Source: Macrostomum hystrix (Eukaryota > Animalia > Platyhelminthes). Taken from it: a DNA stretch of 64,000 nucleotides. This document shows positions 38,500-50,000 of this stretch, piece by piece. Numbering within the stretch: the first letter of the stretch is position 1; each line of letters opens with the position of its first letter. The stretch is from the NCBI GenBank assembly GCA_950097015.1, contig CATNEN010000003.1:10850001-10914000 (forward strand), read 5' to 3'. The translations under genes and the position numbers were made by a program. The notes under the pieces are model-generated. The model was not told the DNA's origin, did no database searches, and was given only the letters and a program-made list of their open reading frames with translations.

Positions 38500-38940
38500 C
38501 GAATTCAAATTAAAATCCCAAAAAAGATGAAATTCCCTCACGAAAATCCTAAAAGGATTAAGTTCCCTCAGGAAAATCCCAAAGGATTAAGTTCCCCCTG
38601 GAAAATCCCAAAGAATTAAGTTCCCTCAGGAAAAATCCCAAAGGATTAGGTTCCATCTGGAAAATCCCAAAAGATTAAATTCCATCGGGAAAATCCCAAA
38701 GGATTAAGTTCCCTCTGAAGAATCCCAAAGAATTAATTTTTCACACTTACATCCCAGAAGGATTAATAGCTATCTATTTATATCCCAAAAATTATGACGA
38801 CATATCATCCATGTACTAAAAATGACTAATCTGACTTTATCCCCAAGAAGTAAATCTGTTTTATCCCTAAATGATTAAGTGCAATCATTCAAATCCCAAA
38901 ATGTTTAAGTTTCATCTGGAAAATACCAAAAAGATTAGGA
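38500..38940. repeat. Degenerate ~29-bp repeat (AAAATCCCAAAGGATTAAGTTCCCTCAGG)
   Basis: About 12 progressively diverged units. Confidence 0.75.
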
Positions 38941-39507
38941 ACCATCTTTCTGACCCGAAATGGTTCAGATCCACGAATCGTAATTTTCCAAAGCGAGTAT
39001 TTGCTACATAAGCTTATAAGTAGTGTAGTTAGCGTTTTTTTTTCAAAAACCAGACAGTGAATGTACAGTCATTGCTGAAGGACTACAGTTTTCTTGTCGA
39101 GTTTTTTATTGCTATAGCTTTACTTTTTTCAACCAGCATGGCAGGTGGGGTTTTGTGTAAGATATGCAAACAGCTGTAGCCCCTAAGAACAATGTCTAGA
39201 GTCCTACCAACTCTCTTTGTGATTCTAATATAAGCTTGAAGCTTTATACTTATTAGCATAGCAACCTGGCGCTTTTATGGTACACTTCATTCGCCTATAG
39301 TTTGCCGAGCTATGGTATAGGGTCGCGGCCTGGCTTTTAAGGCAGGGAGGGTATACACAGAAACGAGTCTATGCGACAGGTGCTAAAACTGCTTTAGTTA
39401 AAAATTCGAGCTTGTTGCTATACAGTCTTATCTCTCTGCTTTTTTTAGCAAGACGCCAAATGTAAGTATGTAACAAGTTTTTTTCTCGTATACTAGTAAA
39501 CTTCTCT

Positions 39508-39810
39508 GGAGAATCATCTGGTAATCATGTGGTAGGCTGGAGAATCATCTGGTAGACTGGGTAATCATCTGGTAGACTGAAGAATCGCCTGGTAGACTGG
39601 TAGACTGGGGGAATCATCTGGTAGACTGAAGAATCGCCTGGTAGACTGAAGAATCGCCTGGTAGACAGGGTAATCGCCTGGTAGACTGGGTAATCGCCTG
39701 GTAGACTGGGTAATCGTCTGGTAGACTGGGTAATCGTCTGGTAGACTGGGTAATCGCCTGGTAGGCTGGGTAATCGCCTGGTAGGCTGGGGAATCATCTG
39801 GTAGACTGGG
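39508..39810. repeat. 20-bp minisatellite (GGTAGACTGGGTAATCGCCT)
   Basis: About 14 units. Confidence 0.9.
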
Positions 39811-39912
39811 AACCGCGATGTTAGCTGGTGTTAGCTGGTGTAGAGCTGATATTAGCTGGAATACTGATGAAGTTATAATTATTTCGTTTAAATCCAATTG
39901 GCGGTTGCCCCA

Positions 39913-39926
39913 GTTGCCATGGAAAC
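39913..39926. promoter_or_regulatory. RFX X-box-like palindrome GTTGCCATGGAAAC
   Basis: One mismatch from the canonical GTTGCCATGGCAAC; overlaps ATG 39919. Confidence 0.45.
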
Positions 39927-40182
39927 GTACCGCTTCGCCTGTCCCGGTGCCCCCGCCTGTCACCGGGCCTACGCCGAGCCGCAGGCCTTGAAGGCGCACA
40001 CACTGTGCTGTGAGCACGCTCGTGCCAAGAGCCTCCCAGCCTGGAACGCCAGCATGCCGAATAATTTCGCCGCCTCGCGAGTGTTCTATCACGACAGGAG
40101 TCTGGGCAACATCACCATCTGCCGGCGCAATGCCATCGAATTTAGTCGCGGCCGCGAACGCTTCATTCACTCTTCGTATTGA
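39919..40182 (+). CDS. Candidate 87-aa microprotein with C2HC zinc-finger-like motif (could be a terminal exon)
   Basis: GC-rich island in AT-rich DNA; F.C-x5-C-x3-Y-x5-L-x2-H-x3-C pattern; GCC-ATG-G start context; CAG at 39911-39913. Confidence 0.5.
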   Translation: METYRFACPGAPACHRAYAEPQALKAHTLCCEHARAKSLPAWNASMPNNFAASRVFYHDRSLGNITICRRNAIEFSRGRERFIHSSY

Positions 40183-41090
40183 GTGAACTGGACGGATATA
40201 TAACGTTCTACTCGTAATTGCGTATACTTTTTATCGACAGTTTCTACTCGATTTTTCTACTATTTCTGAACAACTCTACTTTAAGTAACAATCAACGCTT
40301 TTTTTAACATTTCTAAATATAGATTTCTGAAATCTAGCTAAAAATATTCGTCATTAAAATTTAGATAAGAATTAACATCATTTTTCTTTTAGCTAAAATT
40401 TTTTCATTGAAGACTGTACAGAAAACTATTTATTTTCAAATAGAGGAAGAATAATTTCATACACATTAACAAAAACGCGGTTATACGAAATTCAAAGCCT
40501 AATTGTTCCGTTATGAAACAAAATTTGAATCTAAGAAAATCAGGAAATGTAGCGTCAACAACACTCACAAATTATATGAGACTAACTGTGACGTAATGCA
40601 ATACTTTTTAAAATTATTTACATGATTTTGAGGTCATTGCGTCTTGAGGCCAACCAAAACAGTTCGTTTAGTCTGTACATGTAGATAAACTCGAGGGAAG
40701 TATTAAATGTTAAAAATGATCTCATTTGAATATTTAACACAATTCTAAATAATGGCATTTATTATAATGTACTGTTATAAAATCCTGCATGAATGAAAAT
40801 GTGGGACTGACTAGAATAATAACAGGTAGGTTGGCTGTGTGGTGCTTTAACTGATGCATTGGTTTTTCAATTCAACAAAATTTTATGTAAAAGGTTAAAG
40901 CAAAACATTTTGCGTCAGGACAGAATAAGTTTGAAAGACAAATGGCTCATATCGTATCAGGTGAACATGCACTTTCTCTTTTGTGTGGTAAGAATTTTAT
41001 GCAGATAAATTGAAATTGCATAAAAATGTCTATCTGCTACTGTTGTATGCCTGCGGTGAGTAGTATCATGCGAATTTGAATTATTTTATT

Positions 41091-44000
41091 TCATACTACA
41101 ACTTCATAGATGACTTTTCTTTGCCGACCCGGATGAAGGAATGTGCCGCTGTTATCGGATCCTGATTCCAGATCTGAAAAATTAATAAAATTAGCGGAAA
41201 TTAAAGACATTTCTCATTGCTTTAGCTCACACAACTATGAAATTGTTGTGATCAATTTCATGGACTAAATAGCTGTACAAACGGCCTTTAGAAGTGCCAT
41301 GCGATAACTTCAGGTTTAACTGGTTTAGGCGTAATTGAAAAACACGGTGTTAAAGTCTACATTGACAGATTAAAAAATGGTGAAGTTCCATGTTGTTAAA
41401 AAGCTCGTTTTGTGAGAGTTTAAGTGACTACAGTTCTGCTACTTTTCGTTACTTTTTTTCCCATCTCACTTGGACTCTACTCTTAAGCAGTATCTAACGC
41501 ATATTTCGTCTCTTTTTATTATAGTTAAAAAATGTTAATCATACACGCCTGGGATGACTTTGTATGTAAGTGTACAAACCATTGTGTAGGAAATTGGACA
41601 ATTCAATTTCAATGCCATCGGAGTTTAATGAGCCTGAAATTGTGAATCTCTAGCAATTTTTTCTGACTGAATTAAATTTAGGATAAGTTCCGAAACCGAA
41701 CTTTCAAAAGAATCGAAATCTAAAAATCTGGAATTTGTTTTAAAGATTCTGAAAGTTCTGAAAATCCCAAAATAAAAAAATCAATACGCTCTAAGAATCG
41801 AGAAATTTCTTCGAGAACAGCATTTAAATTCCTTGCTAGATTTAGTTTAAATTAAAAGATTCTTAAAACCCGGAAATTTCCTAGAAACCCTTAAAACACG
41901 AACTTATTAAGACCAGAAGCTAAAGAACACAAAAGTATCTCGAAAACATTCCAACAAAAATAGATTGAAACCCTCTATAGACTCCTGGACAGCAGATAAA
42001 TCAATCAATACACAATAAAGTAAATTTGATGACAGCTTCATCATCTAGGGAAGCTTTGCTCGCATAAATTAATTTATTCTTACTTGCACGGGATAACTAG
42101 CTCGCCTTTGATAATACTTTCAACGACCGCTCCACTGATTTGCATTGCAAATCTATTTTATAGAGGCTGCCCTAAATTATATCTTACTAGCTTTTTTTGC
42201 CCGTTGTTTTTGGGGCAGAAATTTAAAGCAAAGCAGTAAGCAATTCACGTCTCTGTATTAACTTTATAGTGAAGGTCACCATTTATTTATTTACTGCATT
42301 AATGAAAAGTGAAGAGTTTGTTTAAGGGCGTTTTAAGTAAAAAATAAGTGAAAAGTTTGTCCAAAAAGCCCCCTCTTGATTACTTCTTTAGAAACATGTC
42401 TCTTAGCCACTCCTCTATACAGTCAGTGGCAGATCCAGGAATTTTGTTTTGGGGCGGTCTGTCAGGGGAGCGCCATGAGAATCACAGAGGGGGTGCCAGC
42501 GGCCGAAAAAGGGCGCCAGGAGCCAAGAAAGGGCGCCAGCGGCTGAAAAACGGGAGCCAGCGGCTGAAAAAGGGGCGCCAGCGGCCGAAAAGGGGCGCCA
42601 GTGCTGCGACTGGCGCCCCTGGTGGGGGCATCTTATTCCCATGATTAAAATTTAGGGGGGGCGACTGCCCCCCCGCCCCCCCCCTAAATCTGCCTCTGTA
42701 TACAGTATGCATGTACACGCGTATACATAAGGAAAATAGCCATGGCATAACAATAACAATGTCAAAGAAACAAAATTAAACTGTTTCAGAGTTCAGAGTT
42801 AGACAGGTCAAGGTCAATTCGTGACTACTTTTCTATTAATTGCTTGCGAGTCACCTCAAGGCCTGGGGATACACCACATTCTTCGTTCTTCCCCTTGGTG
42901 CGAAAATGAATAGGCCAGCTGGAGTTCCAACACGGGAGCAGGCGACATAAAGCTGCCCATGCGAGAAGCAAGGAGTCTCCAGGTTGATGCCAGCCACCTT
43001 CAGCGACTGTCCCTGAGCCTTGTTAATAGTCATCGCAAAGCACACTCTCACAGGGAACTGCAGTCGCTTGAACTGAAATGGCAGGTCCGTAGGGATAATT
43101 GGAATCTGGGGAACGAACACAGACTCTCCTCTGCCAGATCCAGTCATTATCGTGGCCTCAATCACGTGTGGGAAGAGCCGCCTGACTATCAGTATGGTGC
43201 CGTTACACAGCCTTGGCGCATTCAGGTTGCGGAGGAGCATAATTGGTGCCCCAACTTTCAGCTGCAAGTTGTGCGATGGAGTTCCAGGAGGATCTAGAGA
43301 GTTCAGAAACTCAACAGGATACTCCACAGCGGTGTCATCAGTCAACGTTGTATCAATTGACTTGTAGGTGAAAACTGCACCTGGCAACTCCTGAAGCAGT
43401 TGGTAGTTAATTTCGTTGGCGGCATCATTTCTAGGACACAGAATTGCCCTCTCTGACAGCCAGTCAACGTCAGCATATCGAACCATCAGGTTCGGGTAAA
43501 CTTTTGCCTTGAGCTCCTGCACTGACTGCACAATGGTTCCGATTGTAGCGATCGATGACTGCCCATCCTCGGTGCTAATCTCCAGCAGACCATTGCCGAT
43601 TCGCAATAGATTGGCAGAGAACTCATGAGCTGTTTCGTCTCCTTGAATTGTACCTCTCATGTTTGTTCGTAGGTGCAACTTCACAACCGATGGCCACAGG
43701 TGAGATGATTTTAGGCAAGCATTAATCTCATCAGCAGGAGTGCCACGCGGAATCACAGGCAGCGTCTGTCTAAAGTCTCCAGACAGCAGCAGAGTGACAC
43801 CACCCATCAGTTGATCGCCAGCCTCTCTCTTTCTTCTATCCCAGGCTGGCTGGAGAGAAATATCGCCCTGCGCACTGGGACGCCACCGCACTCACCGCAC
43901 TCAGTCTCAGTGCTGCTTGGGGGCCAGTAGACAGTCTAGGGGTTTGGGCTGTGTACATTCACGGCTTGAAATACAATGTACAGTCTGGGGCTTCGGCGCC

Positions 44001-47000
44001 CGGGGAAGGGAGGGGGTGGCTGTAATAAAATTTGGCCCGCAGAGTGGCGGAGGGGAGTTGGGGTGGCTGTCCTCGGAAAACAAAAAGTGACTCACTTTGA
44101 GATGATGCAGCTTTGCTCTGGATTGAGTAGAGATGTTCAAAATTGACAGCATTGTTGGAAAACATGTAAAGTGTAAGTGGATCAAATTTGGAGAAAATCT
44201 GATATAAAGACAAAAGGTTGCACACAGACAGACAGACAGACAGACAGAGTTTTCACTTTTATATATATAGATTGCACTCTTCAAGTTAGGTTTAGTTTTC
44301 TAGTCAGTTTTTTCTGCCAAAATCATCAATATTGATTTGATATCATTGTTATTTTGATTACTTTACTTAGCTAAATCGCTTCACTTGTATACTACTTTTA
44401 TGCTACTAGCTACAACTCGCAAGTTAATGATGTGGCTCATAAATATTCGCTTTTATCTTCGCGTATTCGTCTTACCACACCTCATTTAAATACTCGTATG
44501 TATCCCTTGTCTATTATTTCACACCTCTTATCTTTCGCCTCTTATGCCCACCTACAGCCCCTCAAACTTTATCCGTTACCTATTATCTCTATCCTCCTAT
44601 TCCATTCATCTTATCATTCACCTCATATCTCTTACCTTGTCACTCTTATCTTCCCCATATAGTTATTCTCTGCTTTATTGTCTCGTCTCACCCACGTCTT
44701 TAATGTTCATTCAGTAGAAAATCACTCGAACAAAAACTTACTGTTATTTCCCAAGATGGGATGATTCGCGCTTAGCAGTGTGCTAAACACTTTATTAGTC
44801 TGCTCAATTGACGTCTCATCTGTACTCGTCAAGCTGGGATGTGGCGACACCATGGCGTAGGGCTTGCTGCCGCTGAATGACTTGTAGGTGGAGGCTGTCA
44901 GGTCTGGCTCGCGATGGCGGCGGCTGCAGGTGAGGCAATGGGTTGGATTGACTGGGATCTGGGATCTGGTTGAGTATGGGATCTGGTTTGAGTATGGGAT
45001 CTGGTTGAGTATGGGATCTGGTTGAGTATGGGATCTGGTTGAGTATGGGATCTGGTTTGAGTATGGGATCTGGTTGAGTATGGGATCTGGTTTAAGTATG
45101 GGTTCTGGTTTGAGTATGGGATCTGGTTGAGTATGGGATCTGGTTGAGTATGGGATCTGGTTGAGTATGGGATCTGGTTGAGTATGGGATCTGGTTGAGT
45201 ATGGGATCTGGTTGAGTATGGGATCTGGTTGAGTATGGGATCTGGTTGAGTATGGGATCTGGTTGAGTATGGGATCTGGTTGAGTATGGGATCTGGTTGA
45301 GTATGGGATCTGGTTGAGTATGGGATCTGGTTTGAGTATGGGATCTGGTTGAGTATGGGATCTGGTTGAGTATGGGATCTGGTTTGAATACGGGATCTGG
45401 TTGAGTATGGGATCTGGTTGAGTATGGGATCTGGTTGAGTATGGGATCTGGTTGAGTATGGGATCTGGTTGAGTATGGGATCTGGTTTGAGTATGGGATC
45501 TGGTTGAGTATGGGATCTGGTTGAGTATGGGATCTGGTTGAGTATGGGATCTGGTTTAAGTATGGGTTCTGGTTTGAGTATGGGATCTGGTTGAGTATGG
45601 GATCTGGTTGAGTATGGGATCTGGTTGAGTATGGGATCTGGTTGAGTATGGGATCTGGTTGAGTATGGGATCTGGTTGAGTATGGGATCTGGTTGAGTAT
45701 GGGATCTGGTTGAGTATGGGATCTGGTTGAGTATGGGATCTGGTTTGAGTATGGGATCTGGTTGAGTATGGGATCTGGTTGAGTATGGGATCTGGTTGAG
45801 TATGGGATCTGGTTGAGTATGGGATCTGGTTTGAGTATGGGATCCGGTTGAGTATGGGATCTGGTTTAAGTATGGGTTCTGGTTTGAGTATGGGATCTGG
45901 TTGAGTATGGGATCTGGTTGAGTATGGGATCTGGTTGAGTATGGGATCTGGTTTGAGTATGGGATCTGGTTGAGTATGGGATCTGGTTTAAGTATGGGTT
46001 CTGGTTTGAGTATGGGATCTGGTTGAGTATGGGATCTGGTTGAGTATGGGATCTGGTTGAGTATGGGATCTGGTTGAGTATGGGATCTGGTTGAGTATGG
46101 GATCTGGTTTGAGTATGGGATCTGGTTGAGTATGGGATCTGGTTGAGTATGGGATCTGGTTGAGTATGAGATCTGGTTTGAGTATGGGATCTGGTTTGAG
46201 TATGGGATCTGGTTTAAGTATGGGTTCTGGTTTGAGTATGGGATCTAGTTGAGTGGGATCTGGTTGAGTATGGGATCTGGTTGAGTATGGGATCTGGTTG
46301 AGTATGGGTTCTGGTTTGAGTATGGGATCTGGTTGGGTATGGGATCTGGTTGAGTATGGGATCTGGTTTGAGTATGGGATCTAGTTGAGTATGGGATCTG
46401 GTTGAGTATGGGATCTGGTTGAGTATGGGATCTGGTTGAGTATGGGTTCTGGTTTGAGTATGGGATCTGGTTGGGTATGGGATCTGGTTGAGTATGGGAT
46501 CTGGTTTGAGTATGGGATCTGGTTGAGTATGGGATCTGGTTTAAGTATGGGTTCTGGTTTGAGTATGGGATCTGGTTGAGTATGGGATCTGGTTGAGTAT
46601 GGGATCTGGTTGAGTATGGGATCTGGTTTGAGTATGGGATCTGGTTGAGTATGGGATCTGGTTTAAGTATGGGTTCTGGTTTGAGTATGGGATCTGGTTG
46701 AGTATGGGATCTGGTTGAGTATGGGATCTGGTTGAGTATGGGATCTGGTTTGAGTATGGGTTCTGGTTTGAGTATGGGATCTGGTTGAGTATGGGATCTG
46801 GTTGAGTATGGGATCTGGTTTCAGTATGGGATCTGGTTGAGTATGGGATCTGGTTGAGTATGGGATCTGGTTGAGTATGGGATCTGGTTTGAGTATGGGA
46901 TCTGGTTTGAGTATGGGATCTGGTTTGAGTATGGGATCTGGTTTAAGTATGGGTTCTGGTTTGAGTATGGGATCTAGTTGAGTATGGGATCTGGTTGAGT

Positions 47001-50000
47001 ATGGGATCTGGTTGAGTATGGGATCTGGTTGAGTATGGGATCTGGTTGAGTATGGGATCTGGTTGAGTATGGGATCTGGTTGAGTATGGGATCTGGTTTG
47101 AGTATGGGATCTGGTTGAGTATGGGATCTGGTTGAGTATGGGTTCTGGTTTGAGTATGGGATCTGGTTGAGTATGGGATCTGGTTGAGTATGGGATCTGG
47201 TTTGAGTATGGGATCTGGTTGAGTATGGGATCTGGTTGAGTATGGGATCTGGTTTGAGTATGGGATCTGGTTGAGTATGGGATCTGGTTTGAGTATGGGA
47301 TCTGGTTGAGTATGGGATCTGGTTGAGTATGGGATCTGGTTTGAGTATGGGATCTGGTTTGAGTATGGGATCTGGTTTAAGTATGGGTTCTGGTTTGAGT
47401 ATGGGATCTAGTTGAGTATGGGATCTGGTTGAGTATGGGATCTGGTTGAGTATGGGATCTGGTTGAGTATGGGATCTGGTTGAGTATGGGATCTGGTTGA
47501 GTATGGGATCTGGTTGAGTATGGGATCTGGTTTGAGTATGGGATCTGGTTAAGTATGGGATCTGGTTGAGTATGGGTTCTGGTTTGAGTATGGGATCTGG
47601 TTGAGTATGGGATCTGGTTGAGTATGGGATCTGGTTTGAGTATGGGATCTGGTTGAGTATGGGATCTGGTTGAGTATGGGATCTGGTTTGAATACGGGAT
47701 CTGGTTGAGTATGGGATCAGAACAAGGATGAGACACAAAAATTTATTTTCTAATTGTCAGAGTCAACTCACGAGCGCCTGATTTGAGGGCTGGCCGAGTC
47801 GCTGTTCCTTGCGGCCAAAGTGTCGCCAGAATCTGCCGAAGCGGCAGCGGCCGAGTTTGGCTGCTTACCAGCCGGGGCCCGATTTCTGCAGCAGAAGAAG
47901 ACTAAAATTGCTACCAGGCAGATGATGAGTAGAGCGCAGAAGGCGGCAACCAGAATGATGGTCAGCGAACTCACTTCGGGGAAACCGGCAACTGGAATGA
48001 GACAGTTCCAGGGTTAATGCTCAATCTCATTGTCTACTCAATCTCATTGTCCACTCAATCTCATTGTCTACTCAATCTGGTTAGCTACTCAATCTGATTA
48101 TCTACTCCATCTGATTATCTACTCAATCGTATTGTCTACTCAATCTAATTATCTACTCAATCTGATTATCTACTCCATCTGATTATCTACTCAATCGTAT
48201 TGTCTACTCAATCTAATTATCTACTCAATCTGATTTTCTACTCAATCTTATTGTCTACTCAATCTAATTGTACTAGAAACTTCTGATCAATGGAGCCACT
48301 ACATGCAAATACTTCAGTAACTAAATTGTCACCATGTCAATTGTTGTCAACGTGTCTAACTTGTCATTGTTTTCAATTTTGACCCCGAAACCGACTCAAA
48401 TCCCCGTCAGGAAATCCCACAGGTTAGAAATACTGGCGCGATTGTCAAATCGGTTTAGCTGTCAACAAGACAGCTGTCACGCAATGAAAATCCCACAGGG
48501 TTAGGCAAGTAGTAGCTAAATGTTATTGGATAAGTTTAACGCTAAATAAACCAAGAAAATGTAACGAGTTTGACTCGTTTTTAACTCACGCATGCTTGAC
48601 AATAGAATTCTGACCCGACCACCGCCACTATCTGCACCGGGCGGTTCACTCAACATAGCCAGATGTTTATTTTCAGTAATAATGCTCATGTAAATACTAC
48701 GAGTATAATGAGTTAGTCTATTCGTATTTGAGTCCTTTCTAAATTGGATTTGTCTCACATTTGATCATAGTTATAGAACCCTGACTTTATCTTTCCGTTA
48801 TCCCATGGGGTAGGCTGCTCCCTGTTCCTCTCCTACTCTCCCATTGGTTGAAGCAAATTTGCCTCGGTGGAAAGACTGACAACGATTTGCTGAGCCGTCT
48901 CAGGGAATTTGTCCCTGTTACTGGATTGTGAAATGCATTCACAATGAATTGCATTGAGATTGCATTGTGAATTGCATTGAATGTGAATTGCATTCGCCGT
49001 GATAGCAATTTTGTCTTCTCTCCTCTTCCCACTCTCTCCCCTGTTCTCACTCTCTCTCCCCTCTTCTCACTCTCTCCCCTCTTCTCACTCTCTCCCCTCT
49101 TCTCACTTTCTCTCCTCTCTTCTCACTCTCTCCCCTCTTCTCACTCTCTCTCTCCCCTCTTCTCACTCTCTCCCCTCTTCTCACTCTCTCTCCTCTTCTC
49201 ACTCTCTCTCTCCCCTCTTCTCACTCTCTCCCCTCTTCTCACTCTCTCTCCTCTTCTCACTCTCTCTCTCCCCTCTTCTCACTCTCTCTCCTCTTCTCAC
49301 TCTCTCTCCCCTCTTCTCACTCACTCTCTCCCCTCTTCTCACTCTCTCTCCTCTTCTCACTCTCTTCCCTCTTCTCACTCTCTCTCCCCTCTTCTCACTC
49401 TCTCCCCTCTTCTCACTCTCTCTCTCCCCTCTTCTCACTCTCTCCCCTCTTCTCACTCTCTCCCCTCTTCCCACTCTCTCCCCTGTTCTCACTCTCTCTC
49501 CCCTCTTCTCACTCTCTCCTCTTCTCACTCTCTCTTCTTCTCACTCTCTCTCCTCTCTTCTCTCTCTCGTTATAAGAATTCCCCGAAGGGAAGCCGATTT
49601 TGCAGAAAAATTTTAAAGAAACACTCCTTTATAGAAACACGAAAAACTTCCCAACCTTCTTACTCGTACATTCCACAGAATTATCGGTAGGATTCTAAGG
49701 ACGCGTCCTAAAAGTTGGAATTCTTCACTGCAGTAGCTATACTGATGCTAGTTATCTAATAATATTATTATTTCAAGTTCAGTTTTCACCTTATCTTTCT
49801 CGTGTCAAATTGTACAGTAAAGGGAATTATGTCAAGACTCATCAAATTCAAAAGCAACTCCCAATAAAGAAGATGCTAATTGACAGGTGGCCAAATCCAG
49901 TGTGGCAGTACGATTAAACCCCACACAGGTGCCATGGCATAGCCAAAGCAGTTACAGTGTCTCAAACGTGTTAAAGAAAACACACAGCTGACACAAGTGT

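Larger units (their letters stand above)
42187..44271 (-). mobile_element. Internally deleted Helitron in last intron of the Ig receptor gene
   Basis: Minus-strand 5' end TCTATATATATAAAA...(GTCT)n at 44271. 3' end GCCC..GGGC hairpin plus CTAG at 42187-42190. Inserted between A and T with no TSD. Carries a PIF1 helicase fragment. Confidence 0.85.

Noticed and set aside
42851-43891. Host PIF1 helicase gene
   Set aside because: Intronless, lacks the N-terminal helicase motifs, and is bounded by Helitron termini.
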